From positions 263,257 to 327,256 of IMG/VR virus record IMGVR_UViG_3300044644_001125: a stretch of DNA of 64,000 nt. One strand, given 5' to 3'. A model generated the notes under the pieces. It had not been told where the DNA came from. It ran no database searches and worked only from the letters and a program-made list of their open reading frames with translations. Each line of letters starts with the position of its first letter. Positions within the stretch are counted from its first letter, which is position 1. A program made the position numbers and the translations under genes. This document shows positions 51,400-61,571 of this stretch, in pieces.

Positions 51400-52254
51400 T
51401 TAAGATCTTACTGCGAAAAAATTTGATTGATCCATTGTCATAGGTAACAAGTAAGGTTCACTACATGAACCGCATTGAACTTGTTGTGGTTTTGTTTCAA
51501 TGTTTTCTTTTTGCGCAGTCAAGTGCTTTGAAATCGTATCAAATACATCAGTTGGGCAGTTATGGATAAAGTCTTTGATAAACTCAACCTCAGAAGTCTC
51601 ACCATCAGGTGTTACAATTTTACTAATACAAGTAGCTACTACATCAACGGTCAAATCAGTTAATTTTGAAAAACTTTCGGTGAATTTCTCCATCTTTTCT
51701 TCATCAGTCATCGTTTCGTCATTGACAATCGATAGGATTCGTTGTTGTTCAAATGACTTGATCGCAGTATTTGACATTTCACGGTAACTAAATGGTCTCA
51801 GATAAACTGTTAATGGTCCAACAGCAACGGTATCATTGTATGAATAAGATTTGAATTGTTGCAACCAGTTGGTTAAATCCATTTCAAAATTGTTTTCTTC
51901 GCTGCAATGTGGGCAAGTAGAACCAACTTCCATTGCTTCACCATAAGTTGCAATACGAATAGCAACTAAACAATTATCAACATCAATTGTTGGCATTTGC
52001 CATGGGTCTAATATAGCAGGAATACAACTCTTAATTACATCTACTGTACTTTGACCAGATAACAACGCATCTGGTGTTTTGAACATAATTTCATCTTTTG
52101 CTGTCATGCCGTATACTGGATAATCACCAGATACACTGACGTCTAATGAACCAGCTGGGTAGAATTTACCACCAGACGGTAACTGAATATACAGTTTTGG
52201 TTGACGGTAATAAGCCGCTAAGGGGTTCTTTTTTTCTAATACGGGTGTTTCCAT
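51400..52254 (-). CDS. Baseplate hub / tail assembly chaperone, T4 gp26-like
   Basis: NPLAAYYRQPKLYIQLPSGG, MTAKDEI..KTPDALL.G, CPHC and CGSC Cys pairs; divergent from the tape measure gene. Confidence 0.7.
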   Translation of the reverse strand: METPVLEKKNPLAAYYRQPKLYIQLPSGGKFYPAGSLDVSVSGDYPVYGMTAKDEIMFKTPDALLSGQSTVDVIKSCIPAILDPWQMPTIDVDNCLVAIRIATYGEAMEVGSTCPHCSEENNFEMDLTNWLQQFKSYSYNDTVAVGPLTVYLRPFSYREMSNTAIKSFEQQRILSIVNDETMTDEEKMEKFTESFSKLTDLTVDVVATCISKIVTPDGETSEVEFIKDFIHNCPTDVFDTISKHLTAQKENIETKPQQVQCGSCSEPYLLPMTMDQSNFFAVRS

Positions 52255-52343
52255 TGGGGGTAATCCTCAGAATAAATACTATAACTAGCCGTATTTAGTG
52301 CTGTAATTTCTCACTAAACTACGCATCAAACAATGGACTAATC

Positions 52344-55300
52344 ATGGCAAACGAAGTAATTATTAATATTCCCGGTATTGGCGATGTTGTTGCAGAAAAT
52401 GCAGCATCAGAATCAACGTTGCGTAGCATTTTGGCAGCAATGGAGGCTAATGGTCGAGCAGGTGGTGGATCATCGAGTTCTAGCTCAAGTTCTAGTAATT
52501 CAGCAAGATCAGCGAGGGAAAGGGAATCTAATGATATACGTGGAAGAGCCGATAATTCATTCAAACAATTAGTTTCTTCTACTGGCTCATTAATAAATTC
52601 ATTTGCACATCTTGGTGGGAGTGTTACGGCTGCGGCTAATGCAACGAGTAATTTCACTAAACAAATACCATTAGTTGGTGATACATTAGCTGTTGTATTT
52701 AAAAATGTAGCATCCGCCCAGCGTGAACTCATTACTGCATACCAGCAAGCCACCTCGGTTGGTGCTACGTTTGCTGGAAGTATTAACGAATTTTCAGCAT
52801 ATGCTAGTGCAGCAAGTCAAACATTAGATCAATTCTCTTCGTTTATTTCTACTAATGGTAAATCACTTGAATTGCTAGGTGATACCACTGAAGAAGGTGC
52901 AAAACGGTTTAGCGTGTTATCTAAATCACTCAGAGAAACTAGTACTGATTTGTATTCATTGGGATTTTCAACCAAAGATTTGAATAATGGTCTTATCCAA
53001 TATACACAATATCAACAATATTATGGGAATGTTGGAAAACGAACCAATGCCGATTTGATTGCTGGTACTAAAGCCTACATGAAAGAATTGGACATTCTTG
53101 CTAAAATCACAGGCGAATCTAAAGAAAAAGTCGCAAATGATATGGCATCACTTAATATTGATACCGATTTTAGATCGTATATTGATAGCTTAGGTGCTAA
53201 TAGCGAAAAAGCTGGTAAGGAATTGAGTAGTACTCTTGAAACCGTACCAGAAAGCATGCGTAAATTCCTAAAAGATGTTATCACTCACGGGGTACCAACA
53301 TCTGCCGATACTCAAGCTGCTTGGTCTGTATTCGGGCAAATCAGTAACGAAGCAATGCGGTATAAAAAGGCATTGGATTCTGGAACAGCCACCGAGGAAG
53401 ATAGACAACGGTTGTTAAACGCCATAGCTAAAGAATCTGCTGAAAAAAACAAAGGTGCAACTGCTAACTTAGCAATGTGGTCAGATACAAACCTAGGTCT
53501 TGTTAAAAAGATGGCCATGGAAGGCGTTGCATTTGATGCAGATCGTCGCAAGAAAGCTATTGATTCACAGGATAAAACTCTTCAAGCACAAGAAAGCTAT
53601 AACCAAAAATACGAAGCATTTAAAACAAAAATCATTGAAGTCGGTAATAGATTCACAGATGTACTAGCTAGCAGTGGTGCATTCGGATTATTAACCAAAG
53701 TATTTGAGGTATTAACATCAATAATTGATAAAGTCAGTGTACCAATCTTTAAATCATTCAGTACCGTTATTGGTTCAGTCACGAAAGTATTAGAGACTTC
53801 ACTAGGACCAACTTTTAAACTTCTTGATTCTTGGTTAGGTGAGTTACCGACCATCATGACAGCGGTATTCAATACGGTTTTTGGTCCAGACTTGAAGTCA
53901 GTAACCGATAAATTCACGTCATGGTTGAATCCAGCATCAAATGCGCTTGCTGGTTTTACAGAAGATATGTCCAAATTATCACCAGAAGATCAAGCTAAAG
54001 CAGCCGCGAACTGGATATCAGCAAAGATAGAACATATGTTTGAAGATATTCACATGGCCTGGGTGGTTTTACAACAGAAAGTAGTTGAGGTTGCATCAGC
54101 ATTCGTAAGCCCAATCTTGAATACCGGTATATATCTCCAACAATTCTCATTGATTCTCGAAGAACAAGTAGATACTATACGAAAATCGATGAACGTATAT
54201 GATGCAGAATCACTAAGTGCAAATTTAAAACTTGGTATCTTAGGCTTTCAAGTTGGTATCGATAGCGTAATTTCAAAATGGTACGCTGTTGAAACGTGGA
54301 TAGATAAAGTGGCAATGGGTTTATCACACTTTTCTGATATGATGAACTATTTGAAAGTATTAGATCCACGTTCAAAATACTCATCGGAAGATTATGCAGC
54401 AGATAAAGCAAAAAACGATCAGTACCGATATTCACTAAGAAAAGAGATAGACGAAAGAAAACAATTTGATTCTGGTGAAAAGGAAGCACACCTAAAAGCA
54501 TACGAAGCAGAAAAGAAAAACGTTGAGTCATTAGCTGACCAGAAAAAGAATGATCTAGTTAAAGAACTCGATGAAAATGAAACAAATCGCAATGCAAGGA
54601 AAAAACACTTAGCAAAACTCATTGAAGATAATGCAGAAGCAGAGAAAAAATGGAATGATGCGTTAACTGCATATGCCACCAAATTGTCGGAAGATGCTGC
54701 TAATATCGCATCAAAAAGCGAAGAACGCGATAACATCAGAGGCGCAATTGTCAATGAGGAAATGGATAATGCAAAAACTAATGCAGCACTTGCTGATAAA
54801 AATGCAACTACCACGCAATATATCAACGACCAAGTTAAGAAAGGTGGACTAGCTGCTGGTGCAGCGTTAACAGCAAATACCACAGACGAGGCAGCTGGTA
54901 GAATGATTGCTATGGCTGAAACTGGTGGTAGAAGTATACAAAATGCAGCAGGTGGTAAAGCAGCCGGTATGCACCAATGGATGCCAAAAACTTGGGAAAG
55001 CGTAACAGCTTCGATGGGTAAAAAGTGGGATTTGTCTGATAGATTCGACCCAGCAAAATCTACTGAAGCCATGAACTTCATCATAGGCCAGTACAGAAAT
55101 AAAATAGAACCCGGTCTTGGCAGAAGAGCAACCCCTGCAGAATTATACATGCTTCATTTTTTAGGAGCAGGTGGTGGTTCTAAATTCTTACGAGCACTCC
55201 AAGCCAACCCTAATCAAAGTGTACAAGGTGTGGTTGGCACCGACCAGTTTAAACAAAACTTGGGTGTATTTGCACCACATGGAAACGTTCGCTCAGTACA

Positions 55301-55727
55301 GCAAGTATTTGATGAAATGAGTAGTCGGTTAACACGTGGATCAACCACTGCGTCGAATGCTACCGAAAAATCAAAAAATCCCGTATCGATGAGTAATTTT
55401 GCTAATGCCAATATCAAATCTCCTACCAGTAATGGTATTAACCAATCCGCTCTTTCTACGGCTGAAGCAGATAAGAAAGTTAGAGATGACGAGTTTAGAA
55501 AACAGCAGAAAGAAAAAGAACAAGCAGCGTCACGAGACCAACTGCAAAGTCAACAAGAACAACAAACATCAAACAGCCCGATACAAAATGATGTTCATGC
55601 TACTTTCCTTGAAAATATGTCGAATTCATTGATGGATATGAAAAACATTTTAGCAGAATCGCATCAAGTACAACAAAGCCAACTCTCAACTCAACGCGGC
55701 CTATCCGGTAATGGATTTGTGCGTTAA
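52344..55727 (+). CDS. Tape measure protein with lytic transglycosylase-like domain
   Basis: Long helical Ala/Ser/Leu-rich body; C-terminal AETGG...AAGMHQWMPKTW...ELYMLHFLGAGG. Confidence 0.8.
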   Translation: MANEVIINIPGIGDVVAENAASESTLRSILAAMEANGRAGGGSSSSSSSSSNSARSARERESNDIRGRADNSFKQLVSSTGSLINSFAHLGGSVTAAANATSNFTKQIPLVGDTLAVVFKNVASAQRELITAYQQATSVGATFAGSINEFSAYASAASQTLDQFSSFISTNGKSLELLGDTTEEGAKRFSVLSKSLRETSTDLYSLGFSTKDLNNGLIQYTQYQQYYGNVGKRTNADLIAGTKAYMKELDILAKITGESKEKVANDMASLNIDTDFRSYIDSLGANSEKAGKELSSTLETVPESMRKFLKDVITHGVPTSADTQAAWSVFGQISNEAMRYKKALDSGTATEEDRQRLLNAIAKESAEKNKGATANLAMWSDTNLGLVKKMAMEGVAFDADRRKKAIDSQDKTLQAQESYNQKYEAFKTKIIEVGNRFTDVLASSGAFGLLTKVFEVLTSIIDKVSVPIFKSFSTVIGSVTKVLETSLGPTFKLLDSWLGELPTIMTAVFNTVFGPDLKSVTDKFTSWLNPASNALAGFTEDMSKLSPEDQAKAAANWISAKIEHMFEDIHMAWVVLQQKVVEVASAFVSPILNTGIYLQQFSLILEEQVDTIRKSMNVYDAESLSANLKLGILGFQVGIDSVISKWYAVETWIDKVAMGLSHFSDMMNYLKVLDPRSKYSSEDYAADKAKNDQYRYSLRKEIDERKQFDSGEKEAHLKAYEAEKKNVESLADQKKNDLVKELDENETNRNARKKHLAKLIEDNAEAEKKWNDALTAYATKLSEDAANIASKSEERDNIRGAIVNEEMDNAKTNAALADKNATTTQYINDQVKKGGLAAGAALTANTTDEAAGRMIAMAETGGRSIQNAAGGKAAGMHQWMPKTWESVTASMGKKWDLSDRFDPAKSTEAMNFIIGQYRNKIEPGLGRRATPAELYMLHFLGAGGGSKFLRALQANPNQSVQGVVGTDQFKQNLGVFAPHGNVRSVQQVFDEMSSRLTRGSTTASNATEKSKNPVSMSNFANANIKSPTSNGINQSALSTAEADKKVRDDEFRKQQKEKEQAASRDQLQSQQEQQTSNSPIQNDVHATFLENMSNSLMDMKNILAESHQVQQSQLSTQRGLSGNGFVR

Positions 55728-55799
55728 TTGGTAGTAAACTAAAAGATAATTGAATTTAGTTCCGAGTAATGATAAAACGAAATAGATAATATTGGTATA

Positions 55800-55869
55800 G
55801 CGAGCACCGCTAGGTGCGAGCCATAGAAAAACCTAATATAGTATAGCGAGCCGCTATCGCGGCGAGCCA
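55800..55869 (+). repeat. Two copies of the GCGA-stem-loop-GAGCCA element
   Basis: gcga-gcacc-gcta-ggtgc-gagcca (55800) and gcga-gccgc-tatc-gcggc-gagcca (55846). Confidence 0.85.
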
Positions 55870-55929
55870 TTAATGAAAAATCCCAAGACATAAATAGGTT
55901 AAACATTCAACAGAATAGGATTAATCTAA

Positions 55930-58900
55930 ATGTCTTGGAAAAAACACTTCAAACCAGTTACTATCGACGGTCACGGTTCTCATAGCCCAATCAGCGGCGG
56001 TGGAAGACCAGGCCCTGCTAAAACTAACTACTCTAGCTTCCTACCAGATGTCTACGCTGGTACACCAAACCGCATCGATAGATACATGCAATATGATACC
56101 ATGGACATGGACTCTGAAGTCAATGCCGCTCTCGATATCATCGCAGAATTCTGTACGCAAAAAGATAAAGAAAATGAAACACCTTTTCATACCTCCTTCC
56201 GTGGACAACCTACCTCCACCGAAGTTAAACTCATTAAAGACTGCTTGCAGAAATGGTGCAAACAACAACAATTCGAAACTCGTATCTTTAGAATCGTCAG
56301 AAATACCTTCAAGTACGGTGACTGCTTCTTCCTAAGAGACCCCGAAACTAAGAAATGGTTGTACGTTGACCCAGTCAAAGTTAGTAAAATTATCGCAAAC
56401 GAATCAGAGGGCAAAATCCCTGAACAATACGTTATCAAAGATATTAACTTTAACTTTAAAAACTTAATCGCCGTAACTCCTCATGGTATCACCAATACCT
56501 CACCCAGCGGTACTGCCAGTTATACTTCAGGTGGCAGCCTAGCTAGAGGTATGGTAGGCGATACAGCTAGAGCTACCGGTACCAGATTCCAAAATGCAAT
56601 CAATGAAATCGCAGTCGATGCCAAAGACGTTGTTCATATCAGCCTCAGTGAAGGTCTTGATAATAACTTCCCATTTGGTAATAGCTTACTCGAATCTGTT
56701 TTCAAAGTCTATAAACAAAAAGAATTGCTCGAAGATGCGGTTATTATCTACAGAATTCAGAGAGCACCAGAGCGTTTGGTGTTTTATGTTGACGTAGGTA
56801 ACATGCCAGCACATTTGGCAATGGGCTTTGTTGAAAGAGTTAAGAATGAGATTCAACAAAGACGTATACCAAGCTCAACAGGCGGTGCATCTGGTAGTAC
56901 AGTCGATTCAAGTTACAATCCACTTTCAGTAGGTGAAAACTTTTATTTGCCTTCCACAAGTGAGGGACGTGGCTCTAGGGTTGAAACATTGCCAGGTGGC
57001 TGTTTCGCAATGGATACTAAAGTATCGTTATTAGATGGTCGTGAACTATCTATCCGTGATATCGAAACTGAACTAAAAGATGGTAAAACCTTATGGACTT
57101 ACTCATGTGAACCAATAACAGGTAAAGTCTTACCCGGATTAATCACATGGGCTGGTGTTACACATAAGTCTGCTAAAGTTATGAAAATAACTTTAGATAA
57201 CGGTGAAACTATTACATGTACACCTGATCACAAGTTCCCAGTATACGAACAAGAGTTTAAACGTGCTGACGAGTTTAAAGTTGGTGATAGTCTGATTCCT
57301 CTTTATAGAAAAACTGAGAAAGTATCAGCAAAAGCCAACGATTACGAACAGTATTTTGATAATGCCGATAAAACTTGGAAATTCACACACAGAACTGTTG
57401 CTGATTATCTAAAAGATGATGTAGTAAAATTCGAAGTATACAAAGAAGAGTACACAAGCGGATTGTATGAAGTTCGTCATCACAAAAACTTCAATCGGTT
57501 CGATAATTCACCAGAAAACCTGTGCTTTATGGGTTGGAGAGACCATATTAGGTTTCATGGCGAAAATTTTGCAAGTACCTTGGAATATCTAAAAGAAAAT
57601 GAACCTGAGTTATACCAAGCACGCTGTGATGCGATAAGCCTCGGTCATACTAAACGATGGGAAGGGCTAGCAGATGAAGATAGAGCCGCTGTTGGTATTA
57701 AATCAGCAGAAGCATGGGCTAGATGTACACCGGAAGAATATGACAGCTGGTGTGAAAGTATTAGTGAGGGGTTGCTAGAGTATTGTGCAAACTTAACACC
57801 TGAAGAAAAAGAAATTCGCGATGCCAATTCGCGTGCTGCTTTTATCATCGGAAACCAGAAGTTCAATGAAAAGATGCAGAATGATCCAGTATTTTATGCG
57901 ATGGTTGTTGGTAAACGAATGACATATTGGACACCAGAGAAGCGTGAATGGCGTGCAGAACAAACACGTGCGAATGGCTTAGTTTTCCGTGAAACTGAAT
58001 CATACAAAGAAAATACCAAAAAATCGGCAGATTCTCAACGTATGAAATATTCACACAAAATGCTGAAATATGTTATAAACTTGGTTAAAGGTAAAACCAC
58101 ATATCAAGTTGGATTAACCGATGTTGTAAACGCATTGAACAATGATCAAGAAATGCTTGATGAATTGTACGAGCTGAATAAAGAAAACACCACGCCAAAT
58201 TGGAAAGTCTCCGACGGCTACACTGAATCGAATGTTAAAACCATGGTTAAACATTTTGGATATGAAAAATGGTCTGATTTCCGTAGAAAAGAAAGCATAC
58301 ACAATCATACAATCACAGCCATTGAATACTTGGATGATGAGATTGAGGTTGGTACGTTGACCATTGATAATGACGAAAAATACCATAATTATCATACATT
58401 TGCGTTGAGTTGTGGGGTATTTGTGTTCAATAGTCAGACAGGTGAAATAACGGATTTGCGCTACTTCACCAATAAGTTGTTTAGAGCTCTCCGTATACCA
58501 GCAAGTTACTTACCAACTGGTATTGAAGAAGCCTCGAATACCGTAGCGGATGGAAAAGTGGGAACTGCGTATATCCAAGAGTTTAGATTTAATGAGTATT
58601 GTAAACGACTACAGAACTTATTGGTACAGACGTTTGATTTGGAGTTTAAACTTTGGTTATATTCGCAAGGTATCAACATTGATAGTAGTTTATTTGAACT
58701 GAAGTTTAATGAGCCGCAGAACTTTGCAGCGTATAGACAAAGTGAGTTAGATACGACTCGAGTGAATATCTTTGCGCAGTTGCAAGAGATACCATATTTG
58801 AGTAAACGCTTTGCAATGAAGCGATTCTTGGGTATGACACAAGAGGAGATCACAGAGAATGAAGCCATGTGGCGTGAAGAGAACGGCCATAAGTTAGAAT

Positions 58901-59100
58901 CATTGGTAGATGGTGCTGGAGAGTTACGTTCTGCTGGGATTTCGCCAAGTGGAATTGCATCTGATATGAGTTCACAAGACGAGCAGGCACCTGAAGGCGT
59001 AGGTCAAGGACCAGACGGTGAGGCTGGTGGTATTGGTTCTGCTCCAGGTCCAATGGGTAATGCGGCACCTGGACCGACTGGTGGCCCAATGGGTATGTAA
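55930..59100 (+). CDS. Portal vertex protein (T4 gp20-like) containing an intein
   Basis: MDMDSEVNAALDIIAE, LLEDAVIIYRIQRAPERLVFYVDVGNMP, DLRYFTNKLFRALRIPASYL. Confidence 0.92.
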   Translation: MSWKKHFKPVTIDGHGSHSPISGGGRPGPAKTNYSSFLPDVYAGTPNRIDRYMQYDTMDMDSEVNAALDIIAEFCTQKDKENETPFHTSFRGQPTSTEVKLIKDCLQKWCKQQQFETRIFRIVRNTFKYGDCFFLRDPETKKWLYVDPVKVSKIIANESEGKIPEQYVIKDINFNFKNLIAVTPHGITNTSPSGTASYTSGGSLARGMVGDTARATGTRFQNAINEIAVDAKDVVHISLSEGLDNNFPFGNSLLESVFKVYKQKELLEDAVIIYRIQRAPERLVFYVDVGNMPAHLAMGFVERVKNEIQQRRIPSSTGGASGSTVDSSYNPLSVGENFYLPSTSEGRGSRVETLPGGCFAMDTKVSLLDGRELSIRDIETELKDGKTLWTYSCEPITGKVLPGLITWAGVTHKSAKVMKITLDNGETITCTPDHKFPVYEQEFKRADEFKVGDSLIPLYRKTEKVSAKANDYEQYFDNADKTWKFTHRTVADYLKDDVVKFEVYKEEYTSGLYEVRHHKNFNRFDNSPENLCFMGWRDHIRFHGENFASTLEYLKENEPELYQARCDAISLGHTKRWEGLADEDRAAVGIKSAEAWARCTPEEYDSWCESISEGLLEYCANLTPEEKEIRDANSRAAFIIGNQKFNEKMQNDPVFYAMVVGKRMTYWTPEKREWRAEQTRANGLVFRETESYKENTKKSADSQRMKYSHKMLKYVINLVKGKTTYQVGLTDVVNALNNDQEMLDELYELNKENTTPNWKVSDGYTESNVKTMVKHFGYEKWSDFRRKESIHNHTITAIEYLDDEIEVGTLTIDNDEKYHNYHTFALSCGVFVFNSQTGEITDLRYFTNKLFRALRIPASYLPTGIEEASNTVADGKVGTAYIQEFRFNEYCKRLQNLLVQTFDLEFKLWLYSQGINIDSSLFELKFNEPQNFAAYRQSELDTTRVNIFAQLQEIPYLSKRFAMKRFLGMTQEEITENEAMWREENGHKLESLVDGAGELRSAGISPSGIASDMSSQDEQAPEGVGQGPDGEAGGIGSAPGPMGNAAPGPTGGPMGM
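57001..58431 (+). mobile_element. 477-aa intein with an HNH-type endonuclease insert
   Basis: Starts GG|CFAMDTKV, has block B TCTPDHKF, ends FALSCGVFVFN|S; internal RHHKNFNRFDNSPENL...H...H. Confidence 0.88.
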
Positions 59101-59128
59101 GCGTAGTATAAATAAGTTTGAATGTTTT

Positions 59129-59176
59129 GCCCCTGTTTTCCTAGTAATGTTTATTAGGATTGCAGGGGTTTTTTAT
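59129..59176 (+). terminator. Intrinsic terminator after portal
   Basis: cccctg...cctagtaa/ttattagg...cagggg followed by T6. Confidence 0.6.
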
Positions 59177-59188
59177 TGGTTGGGTATA

Positions 59189-59212
59189 TGGCTCGGCGTT
59201 AACACGCCTCGC
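59189..59212 (-). repeat. GCGA-stem-loop-GAGCCA element (minus strand)
   Basis: Reverse complement reads gcga-ggcgt-gtta-acgcc-gagcca. Confidence 0.8.
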
Positions 59213-59246
59213 AAGATAAGATTGAAATTATCTTTTAGAAAACTAC

Positions 59247-59276
59247 TTGACATCTATTATCTTTTAGTATTAGTAT
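59247..59276 (+). promoter_or_regulatory. Sigma70-like promoter with 12-mer site in the spacer
   Basis: TTGACA-18 nt-TAGTAT; ATTATCTTTTAG at 59256-59267 and 59227-59238. Confidence 0.55.
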
Positions 59277-59317
59277 GGGTCAATAAATACAGCAACTAGA
59301 CAACGGCAGGTATAACT

Positions 59318-60466
59318 ATGAGAATAAGTGAATTGATAGAAGCAAGGAAAAATCCAGATAAGAATCCAAAAATATCAGTATGGGACTATGTGAATGCTGA
59401 ATTACCAAAAGCGGATGAAATCGCAGATGTTAGTAATATGTTTGTTAGTTTCACCACTATCGATAAGTTGGGTATCAACCCAAACTCAACATATAATACA
59501 CCACTAGGTATATACGCATATCCAGGCGATTATGTGCAATACAAAGCACGTTACAATACAAATGATTTACCGTTTGCTGGCGGTAGCGAATATGCTAATG
59601 TATTCAAAGTAACTGGTAATATCGTCAACCTAAGTGAACTATCATCGGCTGACGAATTGAAGTATCACCAACAACTCAGCGAAGTATATGCAACTGCAGT
59701 GAAACCCCTTGGTGTGTCATGGAAAACTGCAGTGGATACTGTATACGAGTTGATAATTGAATCGGACAACGAAGCAAGGGTAAAATCACCGGGTGGAAAA
59801 CTGTGGTATATAATGATGAAACTTACAACACTACCGACAAGATCGGTGACATATGCTTGGAATACCAAACCACATATTGCTTGGAATTCACTTTTTCGTC
59901 GAATTGGTATCGATGGTTGTATTGATAACGGGGATTCGATTATTCACCCAGTAGAACCAACTCAAGCCGTATTTTTTTCAAAAACCGTAATCAAAAACAA
60001 CGTTAGATTACTCAATAAGTGGACAACTGCATCGATTAATATGGGAACTGCTAGAGGTATGTCGGCCCAGTATGCAATTGGTAAACTAGCAAATATGACC
60101 GATCAAGAACTCGAAGACTACGTGAAATCTGTTACACATGGTATCAAGTATGTTAAACAACCAACTGAAGAACTACAATTGGCTGCGGTTGGTAGTAATG
60201 CCCGTGCTATCGAGTATATTAAAAATCCAACTGAAAAAGTGCAAATGATGGCTATTAACACTGCTCCTTTTAATATAAAATACATCACAAACCCAAGTGA
60301 AGCCATCCAATTGGCAGCTGTTGCCAAAGCAGCAATATCAATACAGCATATTGACAATCCAACCGAAAAGGTTCAAATATTAGCGATTAAGCAAGAGGGT
60401 AATGTTATGATTGACTATATCAAAAACCCACACCCGAATGTGGTAAAACTAGTTGGAAAAATCTGA
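59318..60466 (+). CDS. Hypothetical protein with C-terminal ~22-aa helical repeats (DUF4116-like)
   Basis: Repeats (A)IxYIxNP(T/S)ExxQxxA(V/I) x4-5; N-terminus MRISELIEA. Confidence 0.7.
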   Translation: MRISELIEARKNPDKNPKISVWDYVNAELPKADEIADVSNMFVSFTTIDKLGINPNSTYNTPLGIYAYPGDYVQYKARYNTNDLPFAGGSEYANVFKVTGNIVNLSELSSADELKYHQQLSEVYATAVKPLGVSWKTAVDTVYELIIESDNEARVKSPGGKLWYIMMKLTTLPTRSVTYAWNTKPHIAWNSLFRRIGIDGCIDNGDSIIHPVEPTQAVFFSKTVIKNNVRLLNKWTTASINMGTARGMSAQYAIGKLANMTDQELEDYVKSVTHGIKYVKQPTEELQLAAVGSNARAIEYIKNPTEKVQMMAINTAPFNIKYITNPSEAIQLAAVAKAAISIQHIDNPTEKVQILAIKQEGNVMIDYIKNPHPNVVKLVGKI

Positions 60467-60476
60467 GTTAACATAC

Positions 60477-60500
60477 AAGGGCTATCCATGTAGCCCTTTT
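60477..60500 (+). terminator. Intrinsic terminator
   Basis: aagggcta-tccatg-tagccctt plus T tract. Confidence 0.75.
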
Positions 60501-60546
60501 CTTTACTAAAAGATAATTAACCTATCTATTGCGAAACGTAAAACAC

Positions 60547-60574
60547 TTGACATCCTCTAATATCCCGCTATAAT
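60547..60574 (+). promoter_or_regulatory. Sigma70-like promoter for the second accessory array
   Basis: TTGACA-16 nt-TATAAT; CTAAAAGATAAT upstream at 60506. Confidence 0.7.
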
Positions 60575-60596
60575 ATCCCTAACTTAATCAACCGGA

Positions 60597-60908
60597 GTGA
60601 AACAAATGGCAGAATTCACAATCAAGTTTAGACCCGAGGATTTCATGCCACCGAGAGGGATGAAGAATCGACCACGCTCGCAATCGTTATGGTCTAAGGA
60701 TTATGGGATGTGCACCTACATCAAACCACACGAAGCATTTAATCATACTCTGTATAGAAAGTTGTTCTATCTAGGCAATTTCGCACCGTTGCCAGTCCAA
60801 CGCAAGTGGGAGCCAGTGTATAATAAATTCATGAGTAGACATGCTCCGTATTTTGTGCGATCGGTTTACAAACGCTGGGGTCGAAAATACACTGGGAAGT
60901 TCTTCTAA
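60597..60908 (+). CDS. Hypothetical protein; paralog of the left-edge ORF
   Basis: APLPVQxKW and TIxFRP motifs shared with 3..329. Start may be the ATG at 60606. Confidence 0.7.
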   Translation: MKQMAEFTIKFRPEDFMPPRGMKNRPRSQSLWSKDYGMCTYIKPHEAFNHTLYRKLFYLGNFAPLPVQRKWEPVYNKFMSRHAPYFVRSVYKRWGRKYTGKFF

Positions 60909-60941
60909 AAGATAATTGAATCGCAGTTCAACCATAATCTT

Positions 60942-60965
60942 GCGAGCACCGCTAGGTGCGAGCCA
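60942..60965 (+). repeat. GCGA-stem-loop-GAGCCA element
   Basis: gcgagcaccgctaggtgcgagcca followed by ATAGGAAACCAA and ATG. Confidence 0.85.
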
Positions 60966-60977
60966 ATAGGAAACCAA

Positions 60978-61286
60978 ATGAAATTCGAAATAGCACCTAA
61001 ATCGACAGAGATCCAAACCAACTGGGAAGATGCCAGACTCTACTGCTTCTCTCTTAATATAGACGGTAAAACCGGATGGCGATTACCAAGTGTTTATGAA
61101 TTAGAATCGTTTACCAGATCAACCAATATGGAAAATGCTCTGTATTGGACTGGTACATCATACAAGAGTTACCCAAATGGCGCTACTTCGATTCATTTTG
61201 GTAAAAACAGTTGCTCCGTCCATTTCTTTACCAAAGAATCTTCGTTGTGGGTTAGAGCAGTGAGAGATCTAAAAGATGATCTTTGA
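60978..61286 (+). CDS. DUF1566/Lcl-C protein
   Basis: WEDARLYC, GWRLPS..EL, YWTG, VRAVRDLKDD. Confidence 0.8.
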   Translation: MKFEIAPKSTEIQTNWEDARLYCFSLNIDGKTGWRLPSVYELESFTRSTNMENALYWTGTSYKSYPNGATSIHFGKNSCSVHFFTKESSLWVRAVRDLKDDL

Positions 61287-61566
61287 AATAGCACCCAAAT
61301 CAACAGAGATCCAAGCCAGCTGGTATGAAGCTAGAATGTATTGCTTCTCCCTTAATATCGATGGTAAGATCGGATGGAGATTACCAACTAAAGAAGAATT
61401 GAATGAGATATACCTTTCAGAAAATGATTTTGAAAAACGTTGGTATTGGTCCTCTACTGAGTACCTTGGCAACGGCGCCTGGGTTCAGTATTTCGGCGAT
61501 GGCGACCAGGGCAACTTCGGTAAGAGCAGCGGCGGCTTCTACGTTAGAGCCATTAGATCAATATAA
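61276..61566 (+). CDS. DUF1566/Lcl-C protein with a DGR-like variable region
   Basis: GWRLPTKEEL, WYWSSTE; 61465-61539 is 47/75 GC with 16 of 25 codons ending in C. Confidence 0.82.
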   Translation: MIFEIAPKSTEIQASWYEARMYCFSLNIDGKIGWRLPTKEELNEIYLSENDFEKRWYWSSTEYLGNGAWVQYFGDGDQGNFGKSSGGFYVRAIRSI

Positions 61567-61571
61567 TAGAA

